Positions 33,376 to 46,029 of a DNA stretch of 64,000 bases are shown one piece after another. Location of the stretch: NCBI GenBank assembly GCA_001179505.1, contig CDMY01000410.1:1-64000 (forward strand), read 5' to 3'. The position numbers and the translations under genes are program-made. The notes under the pieces are model-generated. The model saw only the letters and a program-made list of their open reading frames with translations. It was not told the DNA's origin and searched no databases. Every line of letters starts with the position of its first letter. Positions within the stretch are counted from its first letter, which is position 1. Origin of the DNA: Vitrella brassicaformis CCMP3155 (taxonomy: Eukaryota; Protista; Chromerida).

Positions 33376-34376
33376 ATGTTGTTCGGAATGGCATTCATTT
33401 CAATCTCGTACGTGCATGTGTTGCTGCTGATCTCGCCGGTGACCAATGCCTTTCGGCCTTCCATCCGCCCAGGCAGCACTCACGCGGCCTCCAGACGTCG
33501 GCAGAGGCTGCTGTCGATGAGAGAGCAAGACGGCAGCAAAGCAGGGACGTACGGCAACACACCCACTGTGCTGAAAGGCGTGGTATCAGCCCTCACCGGT
33601 GGACTGAATTCGTTTGCCGTGAGCCGAGCACACTGCAGACGTGCAAGTTGTGGGTGTGCTGCAGTGGCTGGCTGCTGGGCGGTTTGCTGTGTGTGCAGGA
33701 CGCCACTTCGTCGGGGGCAGACAAGCCGGGCCGTTCTGCCGCTGCTGTGAGTGGTGGTGAGGGCCGATCTGGCGTGTCATCGACGGCAGATCTGGTGGAG
33801 GCCATCCGAGAAGACTACACACAGCGGGCCTACTTCCTCACAGGCACGTCACGCACACCTGAAGACCACATATTCGTATGTGCAGACGGGAGAGGCCTGC
33901 CTGTCGTCTGTGGATGTGCTTGTCTGACTGCAGGTGACATCAACGATTCGCTTTATGCGGATGAGTGCGTGTTCACCGACCCAACGATCTCCTTTAAAGG
34001 CTTGCAGACATGGTCAGTCAGGCGACACAAGTACACACACGTGTGGACATAAAGATACCTAGCTGTGCATCGTTTGTGTTGTGGTTGGGTCAGGAAGCGC
34101 AACATCGCCTCTTTGAAGCTCTTGACGACAGACAGAAGGCTCGACCTTCAGGTAGGGGAAGAAGGGAGGGAGAGGAGCACTGCACTGCACACACGCTGAT
34201 CGACTGGCTGCTGCATGTGTGTGTGCTCATCACACTCATTGCAGGACATCCGTGTGTCGCCTGAGGGCTCCTCCATCCAAACCAAGTGGACTCTCTCCGT
34301 CACACTGGTCGGTCACCATCCCATCACTCACACAAACACACTCCCCGTCCCTCTGTACGCGCGCCGCCCCCATTTC

Positions 34377-34415
<39 letters not shown>

Positions 34416-34671
34416 TGCGTGCGTCTGTGTGCAGAAGCTCCCATGGCGGCCCCTTGTGTCGATTAGCGGCGGCACCACCCACTACTTCGCGTCAGACCCC
34501 GCCGACAGCGGCCGTCTGGTGGTGACTGAGCACGTTGAGGAGTGGGACGTGTCGGGGTGGGAGGCCTTTCTGCAGCTCTTCGGCACCAAGGGAAGGGGGA
34601 GCGACCAAAGAGATGAAGAGAACAACAGGGGCATCATGATGGCCTTCAAGAACTTGCTCAAAGGTAGGTGA
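33376..34671 (+). CDS. DUF2358 (NTF2/SnoaL-like) protein with bipartite plastid-targeting leader
   Basis: Signal peptide + transit (MLFGMAFISISYVHVLLLISPVTNA-FRPSIRP...RRRQR). Family motifs IREDY..AYFLTGDI...YADECVFTDPTISFKG, KWTL...KLPWRP...ISGGTT, HVEEWDVS. The frame stops at 34671 only if the donor at 34665 is not used. Confidence 0.8.
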
Positions 34672-34752
34672 CTACTGAGGGAGGGAGGGGGGGAGGGGAG
34701 CCGACACGTTCCATATGTGCGTGTGTATATGTGTGTGTATGTGTGTGTGTAG

Positions 34753-36037
34753 GTTTCTCCCTTCCCCCCCGTGGCTTAGTGATGCTCTCCCTGTTCACCC
34801 TGTTCACGACGGTGCCCTTCGCCGACTCGCCCCAAGTCGCACAGATCGGCACCGCACAAGCAGCTGAGGTGATGCACACGGACGGACACCTGTTCGTTCG
34901 CCCGTCTGATGTGTATATTGTATTATGTATGTTGAGTGTATTGTGGTGTGCAGAAGCGGCTGGTGGGCGAGATCGCCGGCAGTGGACTGATCTTCAAGGA
35001 CACCCTCAACGTGGAGGCGTGGAGCGACCCAAAGGTCGAGGGCGTCACGATTTACATTGCCGACTTTGCAAGGCCCATCACAGAGAGGTCTGGATGCCCT
35101 CATGCCCATCCAAATGACAAATCTGCTAGTGTGTGTGTGTGTGTGTGAGTGTGTGTGTGCAGGTTTCAGAAGGACTTCTTCTCTGACCCGACATCGGTAT
35201 CTCTGACATGTGCACAATCAGGGCCCGTCAAGTGAGGATGGAAAGAAAAGGGCGACGCTCATGGAAGCACATCGGCACACTCTGTCTGTCTTGTGTGTCT
35301 GACCCATCGGCCGGCCATCCCACCCTCTGTCTGTCCGTCAGGATATCGCCGTCAGCCAGTCGATCAAAGGTGGGCAGCGGACCTCATGAATATGTAATTT
35401 GTATTGCTACATTAATCCATGTGTGTCTTTGGTCTTCTTTGGTCCTTCGTCACGTCAGGACGGCGAAGAAGTCATCTCTGAGGCCAGAAGGTCCAATGGC
35501 AGAAACCCCAATAGAGATCACATCACACACCGGGGTATGTGACTGTGTGTGTGTGTATTCAGTTTGCTATTCAAGAGCATTAAGGTGAGGCGGCTGATCG
35601 ACGAGAAGTCCAACAACATTATATACGTCGCATACAGGTGAGGTGCCCCCTTGTCAAACCCTACACACCACACCACACGGACGGGTACATGCATCTCTCG
35701 CTCTGTGTGTGTCTCTGTTGTGCTCAGCACCCGATTCGGTGACGATGACTCTAACAAGAGTCGGTTCAAGTCGTCAATATGTGCCCTCTCCGTTAACGCA
35801 CAACAGCCGGTGCGATACGCACGCACACACATGGATTGATGGATGGATGAATGCGGGCGACACCCAGCCCTGACTCAGGAGGGTCCTGTATCCATGCAAT
35901 CCATGTGCGACGGTCTGTCTGTGTGCGTGTGTGTGGTGGCTGCGCTGCATGCCGTGCAGGTGGCCCCATCCCCGCAGTCAGTGGCATCATCCGCCCCAGC
36001 TGACCCCAAGAGCGGCCAGCCCAAGGGGGACTCATGA
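34753..36037 (+). CDS. creA: CreA-family protein, copy A
   Basis: RLVGEIAGSGLIFKDTLNVEAWSDPKVEGVTIYIADF, FFSDPTSVSLTCAQSGPV, FKSIKVRRLIDEKSNNIIYVAYSTR, KSSICAL. These match the CreA pattern DPKVEGVT / F-K-x-x-x-V-x-R-x-x-D / YLVYS. Confidence 0.8.
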
Positions 36038-36363
36038 ATGAGAGCACTCACTTGTCGGCCAGTGCAGCGGGCGGCGAGGCGTGTACGTGGCGGTGTACAT
36101 ATATAAGATACGCAGCGGAGGGAGGAGAGGATTGGTTGACAGAGTAATCTGAGCGGCCTGCCGAATGAAGCAAGAGGTTTGGAGGGAGGGTGTAGAATAG
36201 CAGCGGCAACTTGGATGAATGCATGGATGGATGGGGAGGGTCTGTGAGAACGGACTTTATCGACCGACTACGTGTGTGTGAGGGTGCGCGTGTGCAGGCG
36301 ATGATGGCACACACCCACCCTCACACACACGCGCGCACACACACAGGCCTTCCCCCCCCCCCC

Positions 36364-36663
36364 NNNNNNNNNNNNNNNNNNNNNNNNNNNNNNNNNNNNN
36401 NNNNNNNNNNNNNNNNNNNNNNNNNNNNNNNNNNNNNNNNNNNNNNNNNNNNNNNNNNNNNNNNNNNNNNNNNNNNNNNNNNNNNNNNNNNNNNNNNNNN
36501 NNNNNNNNNNNNNNNNNNNNNNNNNNNNNNNNNNNNNNNNNNNNNNNNNNNNNNNNNNNNNNNNNNNNNNNNNNNNNNNNNNNNNNNNNNNNNNNNNNNN
36601 NNNNNNNNNNNNNNNNNNNNNNNNNNNNNNNNNNNNNNNNNNNNNNNNNNNNNNNNNNNNNNN
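36364..36663. other. Assembly gap (300 N)
   Basis: Run of n flanked by poly-C on both sides. Confidence 0.99.
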
Positions 36664-37074
36664 CTTCCCCCCCCCCCCTCCCCTCCTTCTCTGCGCGTGG
36701 ACCCCTGTTGACTTGAGCCTGTGTGTAAGTGTGTCTGTCTGTCTGCCAGGCACTGCTGCACAGGCGCATTCACCAATTTCGCAAACCCTACGCATATTTA
36801 GGGTTTAGCTGGGCACGTCAGCCGCAGCCCGGCCCCCCTGCAATGGGAGAAAGCCTCCGCCGTAGCGATCGGCAAAATGCGAGCTTAGACTTGTGCAAGG
36901 AGAGTTCCCTTTCCGAAGGCCAATCGGCGCATAGCAAAGTCCTCAGCGATTCACCCGAGGCATGGCAATTGTCGAGGGAAATCCTTTCACACCCGAATGA
37001 GCCTCCGGGTCTTGGCGCAACGCAACACGGCCATCTCGACCTGCACACACAGACAGGCACAGACACAGAGAGAG

Positions 37075-38321
37075 ATGTCAGCTTATTTGATCTTCTGGCT
37101 GCTCCTGGCTGGCTGCGCCTGTGGCCTTCCTGTGAGCCTCTCTGTTGCTGATCTGTGCGTTTGGTGCCGTCGGCGTCGTAACACGCACAAGCAGATCGGC
37201 ACCGCACAAGCAGCTGAGGTGAGGCAATCAATGCACACGGACGGACACCTGTTCGTTCGCCCGTCTGATGTGTGTTATTGTGTGTGTTGCGTGTATTGTG
37301 GTGTGCAGAAGCGGCTGGTGGGCGAGATCGCCGGCAGTGGACTGATCTTCAAGGACACCCTGAACGTGGAGGCGTGGAGCGATCCAAAGGTCGAGGGCGT
37401 CACGATTTACATTGCCGACTTTGCAAGGCCCATCACAGAGAGGTCTGGATGCCGAGCTCATGCCACTACAAGTGACAAAACGGTCCGTGTGTGTGTGTGA
37501 GTGTGTGTGTGCAGGATTCAGAAGGACTTCTTCTCTGACCCGACATCGGTGTCTCTGACATGTGCACAATCAGGCCCCGTCAAGTGAGGATGGAAAGAAA
37601 GGGGCGACGTTCATGGAAGCACATCGGCACACTCTGTCTGTCTTGTGTTACCCATCGGCCGGCCATCGAATCGCTTTCTGAATGTCTGTCAGGATATCGC
37701 CGTAAGCCAGTCGGTCAAAGGTCGGCAGCGGACCTCATGAATCTGTTTGTAGAGCTACATTAATCCATGTCACGTGTCTTTGGTGTTCTTTGGTCCTTCG
37801 TCACGTCAGGAGGGTGAGGAAGTCATCTCTGAGCCGAGAAGGTCCAAAGGCAGAAACACAGAGATCACACAGCTGGGTGAAGGGGTGTGTGTGTGTGTGT
37901 GTTCAGTTTGTGCTATTCAAGAGCATCAAGGTGAGGCGGCTGATCGACGAGAAGTCCAACAACATTATATACGTCGCATACAGGTGAGGTGCCCCCTCGT
38001 CAAACCCTACACACCACACCACACGGACGAGTACATGCATCTCCCGCTCTGTGTGTGTGTCTCTTTTGTGCTCAGCACCCGATTCGGTGACGATGACTCT
38101 AACAAGAGTCGGTTCAAGTCGTCAATATGTGCCCTCTCCGTCAACGCACAGCAGCCGGTACGCTCACACACATGGATGGATGGATGGAGGCGGGCGACAC
38201 CCAATCCATGGATGTGCGACGGTCTGTGCGCGTGTGTGTGCAGGTGGCCCCATCCCCGCAGTCAGTGGCATTATCCGCCCCAGCTGACCCCAAGAGCGGC
38301 CAGCCCAAGGGGGACTCATGA
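37075..38321 (+). CDS. creA: CreA-family protein, copy B (tandem duplicate; 5' end uncertain)
   Basis: Near-identical exons to copy A from QIGTAQAAE onward, with diverged introns and a different upstream sequence. Stop at 38319-38321. Confidence 0.75.
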
Positions 38322-38784
38322 ATGAGAGCACTCACTTGTCGGTCAGTGCAGTGGGCGGCGAGGCGTGTACGTGGCGGTGTACATATATAAGATACACATC
38401 GGAGGGAGGAGAGGATTGGTTGACAGAGTAATCTGAGTGGCCTGCCGAATGAAGCAAGTGGTTTGGAGGGAGGGTGTAGAATAGCAGCGTCGTCAACTTG
38501 GATGAATGGATGGATGGATGGATGGAGAGGGTCTGCACACCACACCACGACCGCAGGACAACACAGCGCACAGACAGCACGGCAAACATGCATGCGATGA
38601 CTATGCGATGACCCCCATAATGTTGTGGGTGAATGAATGACAATTGATGCAACGTGGGCGCTTCGGTCGACTCCCTCCCCCGATTCCCTCGTGCGAGCTT
38701 GGGGTAGGTACTGCAACCCTTTTCCCGGCAGTGATGACGACGAAGCATCCAAGGATCAGTTTGATTCACTCGCTCGCAATCAAC

Positions 38785-38895
38785 GGAGAGATTGAAAGGG
38801 GCAATGTAGCATGGCGATGACACAGGCGTGCAGAGCCCGTTGAAACCAGAAAACAGCACTCCGATTCATAGCTTTCGCTGCTTGGTCGCACGATG
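38785..38895 (+). promoter_or_regulatory. Conserved upstream block of F-box-like copy 2 (also upstream of copy 3)
   Basis: The block ggagagattgaaaggggcaatgtagcatggcga...catagctttcgctgcttgg..gcacgATG is repeated in reverse complement at ~48002-48112. Confidence 0.55.
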
Positions 38896-40893
38896 GCTGC
38901 CAGTGCCGCAGCCCAGGTGAGAAGAGGGAGCTGCAGGCCAGGCAAATCCCTACATCATTGACGTGAATCTTTTGTGTTGTCTGTGTGGTTTGTCATTCGG
39001 TTTGGTACAGATGAGCGCAGCGATAGGGTGGCAGCTGCTGCCGCAGGTACAAGCCTATCGGCTGAAGCAGGCTCAGGTATCAGCTGACAACACACATACC
39101 GACTCGTCCATTCCATGCAGTGCATCCAAAGCTCATCGGCTGCTTGCTTCTGTGTGTGGGTGTGTGGGTGTGTGGGTGTGTGTGCAGGTCAACAGCTGCA
39201 TCGACCAACTTCTGCAGATGGACACCGCAGCTTCGATGGCACCACTGGTGCGGCAGGCTGCCAAACACACCACACAACAGCACAAAGCCCTCTGTGTGTC
39301 TGTGGAGTCTCCTTTGCTTGGCGTCGCTCTGGTCGTGTTGATTCATTCGTCAGATGGTGGCCAAGGTGAGTCGTCAATTTGCTGCTGTGTCCGAGCTGCT
39401 GGCCGAGTTGGCAGAGACCATCAACTCGACCATCGCACTCACAAGACACAGCCGCACTCATGTGAGCGGGGGAGTGACCACAGGCAGGCACAAACACAAG
39501 ACCCACACTGATGTGGTGTGTTGTGCACCTCTTATGTGCTGTTTGGTGTGTTTGCTGTGTGTCATCAGGCCCAACGGTTGCACATCTCTGACATTCCCGC
39601 CAACCCCATGAGCGTCATCCTGTCACTGTCTGCCCTCACCACCATTGCCCACCTCAAGGCGACAGCCCGCCACTTCAGAAACGCCCTGCGGCCCATCATC
39701 CGAAATATTTGGCTGCCGAAGGCCATCGAGGTGGCGGGGGTGGGCGGTGTGGTGCAGTTCGACAATCAGCTGAGCCACGGCGATGTGATGAAGGCCATGT
39801 GGGTGGTGGAGGAGGGGGGCGAGGGCGGCTGGGGGGAGGTGAGTGACACACTCAGATTCGGTGAGCATTTCGGCTATTGCCAGCTGCCGGTCACTGTGGG
39901 TGCCGGAGACCTGCAGACACACCCCACCAAGACGGTAAACACGACACACAGAAGAGGCAATGGGTGAGCTGCTGGATGTGTGTGTGTGGTCTTCATTCAG
40001 GACTTCTTGGCGCTGCCCCGTTTCTGTGCCCAGTGGATGCTCGTCGGCCGCCGTGTGGCCCTCCGCCGCCCCACCGGCCAGCAAGACGGCACGCTTCAGC
40101 TGTCCCTTCACAACAACGAGATCAGGGTCATCCGCAACGAGCCCAACTTCGCCATCGTCATCAACCCGCCCCTCCCCAAGCCCAACAGCCCCGTCCATCC
40201 CTTCTCGCAGCACCCCTTCACCCACCACGCCAAGCCGCACGACCCGCCAGTCCGCTGCCGCATCCGGTGGCAGACTGGTGTGGGCTGGGTGACGCTTGGC
40301 GTCAACGACGGGGGCGTTGACGCGTCGGCGAGCTCCGTGTGGAAGCGTCTGGTGCTGCGTCACCGGCTGTTGGCTGTGGGCGGCTTTACCCAGTCGCCAC
40401 CGGTGGCGGTGGACCGGTGAGTGGATGGACGGCATACAATGAGAGGGTTAATGGCCATGTGATGTGTGTGTCAGGGGTGGGCGCGGCGGCCAACTCGACC
40501 GCATCATCATTCAATCGCCGCACATGCTCCTCACCGAATGCTCGGACGTGATTGCGTGCGAGTGGGCCGGTGGGACCTGTGTACAGACGCATGTGCTGAC
40601 ATCATCGGACGACCCATTTATCGCGTGGATTTTCTTCGTCATCTTCCCAGGCGACAACCAGAGCGGTACGCACACACACACACTGACAACACATCCTCGT
40701 GCTGTCGTATCGTTTGATCATCCGCTCTCCGCGTCATCATGCAGTGCGCGTCTACATCACTACCACCGAGGCTGCAGCAGCAGGTGTCCGTCATGACGCA
40801 CCCTTCGCCCAGCGATTCCCCCGGACGGCCGCCAAGGTGCGTCGCGTGCTCGGGCCCATCACCGCCATCGTGCTCGACGGCCAGGCGCCATAG
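38893..40893 (+). CDS. F-box-like family, copy 2 (apparently intact, 8 exons)
   Basis: All manual splice joins stay in frame: MAASAAAQ|MSAAIGWQLLPQV...|VNSCIDQLLQ...|MVAKVSRQ...|AQRLHISDIPANPMSVILSLSALTTIAHLKATAR...|DFLALPRFCAQW...|...|VRVYITT...VLDGQAP*. The L-x-x-I-P-x-x-P/E-(M)-x-x-I segment resembles an F-box. Confidence 0.75.
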
Positions 40894-41229
40894 ATATTGA
40901 CGACGGCCAGGCGCCAATAGCTATTCGGACGCGTGTGCACACAGAAAATTGCAGTTAAGTTGCATGACCGCTGACAGAGTCTATACAAAATGTGTTGAGA
41001 CACACACACAGAGACACTGAATGACCTGCTCATATAAAGGCCGCCGGAAAAAAGCATTCTCACCCACCCACCCGCCCACCGGCCGTAAAACAACAAAACT
41101 ACGCGAGGCACAAATTGCTGCCTCTACCTGTTCAGTCATCTATATGCACGAGCAAAAAACTAGGTACCTCCCCATACCCTATTGCATCCATCCACCTGTC
41201 TGTCTGTCTGTCTGTCTGTCTACATGTCT

Positions 41230-43933
41230 TCAATCTTCCATCCGTCGGATGTAGCTGCGCGGAAGGTCCACCCTCTGATGCTCCTGCTCCCTCATCGGAG
41301 GCTCAATGCGGTCCAACTGAGCATGGACCTTGAGCTTCTTCCTAATCAACACACACAGATAGACAGACAAACAGACAGAGAGGAGAAAGCGATTGATGAA
41401 GGGAAGGCGTGTCTTGCGGTCTGGCTGGCTGGCTGGCTCCGTCTTTCCCCTTACATGAGGTCACACTCCTCGTGTGTATAGTGTGCAGGCGCGTTGGACG
41501 GCCTCTCATCTCGAGGAGCATGCGACCCTCCAGATAGGTCACCACCACCCTGCCCCTCCGGCATCATGCCGCCACCATTACTCGCGGCATCACCACCGGC
41601 TGCCTGCCCTGCCTGCCTCGACGCTCTGTCCGCCTCCATGCAGTGCTCCATGTCCCAGATGCCCGCGCTCCCCGAGTAGACCTCCAGCTCATCCAAAGAG
41701 AACTGGAAGCCCACCGGGGCGGACACCGGCACCGGGCGGAAAACGCCGTCCCCCGGAACCTCCACGCCGGCACGGCCCCAATACGTCCAGTCGTGAGCCG
41801 ACGGGCCGCTGCTGTCCGCGAAGGCCTGGCAGTTGGTCAGGGTGGCATCGCTCGCCGACTGACCCGGCGCGGCGATGCCGATCTGGATGTTGGCTGCGGC
41901 GATGAGGCAGGGGAGCGGGGAGGGGGGCTGGGTGAGATCGGTCCACCTCTCCATCTCAGCCGAGCCCGCCAGCATGAGGGTGCTGCTGCGGGCGAGGGGC
42001 TGTATCGGGGGGCCGGTGGAGGGCGGCTGAGGGGGGCTGTGGAAGCTGAAGGACGATGTGCTATGAATGCTCGTGTGCGGCCCAGTCACTTCGACGGGTG
42101 CGGTGATGATGGTCACGAACAGGTGGCCGCTGACACGACCAGCCCCAGCCACACAAAGACACCGACAATCCCACCAAGAACTCAATCAGCGACCTCCTCC
42201 CTCCCTCCCTCTCTCCTGCCCTCCTTCATGGCCTTACCTGTCTTTGGCCTTCATCATGATGACCAGGGGTGCAGCATCTCTGACGCACGTCAGGAAGTCC
42301 ACCCACCGCCAGCCGTCAAGGGACGCCCTGCGTGGGACAGTATGGCATGCCATCATTGCGTTATATACCTGGCGCGAAGGCTTTGTCGAGTCGAGAGTAT
42401 TTCTCGCTGCTCACTCACCTCTAGATGCAATAGATGCATTCGGTGTCGACAGATGGCGGCAAGCCGGGGGGCGGAGCCGACCATGTGTGCCGCACCTCGT
42501 TGATGCCACGCAGGTGCTCGTTCGTCAGCATCCCGCCCTCCCGGCGCATGAGTCGGGTCCCATCGAGGCCAAACACGTCCAGCGCCCATTGGAACACCCA
42601 GTGGCTGACGTCGCCCTTTGACTGAAGCACATGAGTGTCCGTGATGGGCCGGCGCTGCTGGAAGGCGCGGACCACCAGGTCTGCCGCGCGGCGAATGGCA
42701 TCGATGGGACGCGCTGCCCCGATGGGACACCCACTGACATCGTTGCTACATACACCGACACAACACAACACACACACACACATGGATACGAACAAGTGTG
42801 CACTATATAAGCAGCCGCACGAATGCAGTCGAGCTCACTGTTCGAATCGCGAGTAGAAAATGCTGAGTGCGCCGCCAGGGAGCGACCATGCCGCCGCCTT
42901 CGTGACGGTCACGGTCGACCCCAACACATCCACCGACATGAGCTGACAGGAGAAGACGTCACACAGCCGACAAGCGCTTCGCTCGGCTTCTTCTCCTCAC
43001 ATGTATTTGTGGGTACCTACCCTACCTGGTCAGCAAGTGGATTGCCGCTTTTGAGCATTGGTTTGATGCCTTCGAGGCGAGCCAACTCGTCCGCCATGCC
43101 CTCCTGAATCTTCTCAGCCATTGCCAGCATGTCGTTGGCCTCACTCACCCCCGCAGAGCCGGTGCTGGCCGCTCTGTCAGCACACAAGCACAGAGCCATT
43201 TGCAAACGAAAAATTGCCTCACCAATGTGTGTGTGTGTGTGTGTGTGTGTTTGTGTGTCCCCACCTGGCCGACTGGTTCCGCCGTGCAGTGGGCGGGTTA
43301 TGCAGCAGCGTGTCGAACCAATACCTGATCCATACAGTGAATCAGGGACATGATGTTGTATTCAGTGCCTTCCAGTGGTCGAGGGCCGGCCTCTTACTTG
43401 TATGCCATATCATCTTGCTTCCCCTCAGGCAGGCGCACGTGGAAGTTGGGATCCCACCGATGCGCCTGGAGCTGGTTACACAACCTGACACACACACACA
43501 CACACAGAGACAGGCAGGCAACACACAGCCGTCAATCCCATCCCTCATCCCTCCCTCACTCTGTGAAGGCCGCCGGGTAGACCGCCAGCAAAACGCGCCC
43601 GCTGCCGTCACGCACAAGTGCACGATCGAATCGGCCGCTGAAGAGGGTGGCGAGCAGGCTGCCCTTGGCCGCACACAGTGTGGAGCGAGCGGCGGGCACG
43701 ACCGCGCCACTCACATTCAGCTCCAGCACCTCCTCACCGCTGCCAGTGCCAGCAGCAGATGTCCCCAAGTCGGCGACGCCGCCCATCTGTGTCACTTGCC
43801 GTTTGTACTCTGTGAGTATGCTGTGGATGCTGTCGATGTAGCGTGCCGTCAGCTGTGGCGCCTGTGCTGCCCATCTTGTGGCGGCGGTGAGGAAGTCGTC
43901 CCCTAGGTGTCCAGGCTGCACGTCGCCGTCCAT
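41230..43933 (-). CDS. BTB/POZ (KCTD/T1-type) + TLDc-like domain protein
   Basis: BTB: VLELNVSGAVVPAARSTLCAAKGSLLATLFSGRFDRALVRDGSGRV. Degenerate second BTB-like segment (MSVDVLGSTVTVTK). TLDc-like RASLDGWRWVDFLTCVRDAAPLVIMMKAKD...FQFSLDELEVY. Last exon ...RSYIRRMED*. Confidence 0.75.
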
Positions 43934-44057
43934 CGTGATCAGCACACCTACCAAGGGCGCCTGAGGCAGTGCAAGGGATGCAAGGGATCTTTTGGAGGAA
44001 CGGATCGAGAAAGCGGCGCAAGCTTTTGACCCTAAACCCAAAACCCTGGGTGTTTCG

Positions 44058-45729
44058 ATGGCTGCTAGCGAGGCGTCAATGGCTGCCTCGGAGCCGTCTT
44101 CAGCTGGCAGCAGCGTGCGCGACTTTCACGACTTGACGGACGTCCTGCCATCGATATGCGGCTTCTTCACTCTCGGGGAGTTGGCGGTGTTCGCCAGATG
44201 CTGCTCAGCCACAGACAGAGTGGTGAGAGCCCACAAAGAAAGCGATAGCACTCCATCTCTTCATCAATCATTCGCTCTGTTTGTGCGGGCAGGCTCGTCT
44301 TGAGATAGTGTGGGCCCCTCGTCTGCGTCTGACTCAGTTTGCCTTCCCTGACTTCTCGCTGCGGGGCAGCGAAGCGCTGAGCAAGAACCCATGGCGGTTC
44401 GCACACGTCAAACACAAACTCAGGTACAGCACCGCCCTCACATTGAATGAAAGAGGGCAGGCTTGGCTCTCATCCCTTGTGTGTGCCGTGTGTGTCAGGC
44501 TCGGTTTGGCGGCGTATGAGCGCCGAGATTTTGCCCTGGCTATCCGGCACTACGCTGTGGCTCACCAGGTGCACAAGGAGAGAGCCAACGTCCGGCTTGT
44601 GGAGGGCAGGATGGATGCTCTGCTGCTGTGTGAATGTCGTCCAGATTGCCCCGACCAACGAAACGGTGCTGACCCGCAAAGCGGGTAAGAGTGCGTGACA
44701 GATTGACAGATGGATGGAAGACGATTGCGATGGGCTTGATGGACTGACTGATGGCACGCACTCGTGGCTTTCATGGCTTGCTTCAGATGCGCACTATGCT
44801 AACGACGAGAAAGACGTTGCACAGGAACTCTACAGGTGAGCCACACATGAAGAAGAAACCAACAGCATCCAGGCGGCAGCCCACACACACGGATCCGCCT
44901 GCCTGGTGTGCCCCCGCAGGCGTGCCATAGAGGTGAATGAGGACAGCTCCTATGGCTGGAATGGGCGTTCGCTCGAGGAGGGCATCCCGGAAGCTGAGGC
45001 CATCAGCCGTCTCGAGAGGGCCACACGACTCAACCCGAGCAACTCGTATGCGCTGAGCAACCTGGCCTCCAAGTGAGTGAGCAAACAGACAGACACAGAT
45101 GGACAGACAGATGGACAGTAGTATCGAGTAATCACATATGTATGTCCATTCTGCCCTCTTTTTGTCCACAGGTTGGTTTCGCGTGATTCGTCGCGTGCTC
45201 TGGAGGTGTTAAACCGAGCGCTGGCACTCAACCCGCGACTTTTCTACGCCCGACACACCAAGGTTCAATGCACTCACAGCCAGGAGACGATCAACGAATA
45301 TCTCATGTTTTCCTGCCTGTTGTGTGTCAGGCTGTACTTTTGGCGCGCCGGGGCCAGCTGAGTGAAGCCATTCGGTAGAGAAGAGATGGACGACCACCCA
45401 ACGGGTGGATGGATTGAGGTATCTGTGACCTTTCTGCCTGTCGTGTCAGAGTGTTGGATGAGCAAGTTGAAGTCCACCCCGATGACCAAACCGGCAGGTC
45501 AGTGACCACCCACACCCACATGCATGTTGATCCACCTGCCTGTCTGCTCTCATCCATCAACCATAGGCATCTGCGCGACGACCTGCATCGCATGGAGGTG
45601 ATGCGTCGGCTGGTGCACCAGGCGATCGCCCAGCCCTTCATGCCACCCCCTCCTCAGCCGGTGGGGAATGGTGGAGATGCCGAGGGCGACGGGGGGGCGG
45701 GGACGGGGGAGATGGAAGACGTGGACTGA
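44058..45729 (+). CDS. F-box + TPR-repeat protein
   Basis: F-box-like FHDLTDVLPSICGFFTLGELAVFARCCSATDR. TPRs LGLAAYERRDFALAIRHYAVA, AISRLERATRLNPSNSYALSNLA, ALEVLNRALALNPRLFYARHTKAVLL. Stop at 45729. Confidence 0.75.
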
Positions 45730-46029
45730 CTAGAGTGGGTGGTAGACGCCTGTGTGCGCATGCATATGTGTGTGTGGGGGGGGTGTGGCGAACTGTAAAA
45801 CATAGAGCGGGCGACGGACACATCTTGCATGTCAAATAAGAAGTCTCGAAGTTTCGTCCACCATGCGCACTCATTTGCACGCGCTACAGCCACCTCGTAC
45901 GGCCCTTCCTTCTAACACGTGGAGCCTGCCAGCGCGCCTGCACACGATCCATCTACACATATAAAGACACATAACTATACACGCGCATCGTCATGCCATC
46001 ATGATGTGTGTGGCTCTCACCTTCATGGT

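Noticed and set aside
36783-36806. Inverted telobox-like pair AAACCCTA-N8-TAGGGTTT
   Set aside because: A single short instance; the same 8-mer also occurs inside introns (e.g. ~35657), so chance cannot be excluded. It is not a telomeric array.
40871-40920. 15-nt direct repeat GACGGCCAGGCGCCA around the copy-2 stop codon
   Set aside because: Most likely a local slippage duplication; it does not alter the protein and is not a plausible target-site duplication.
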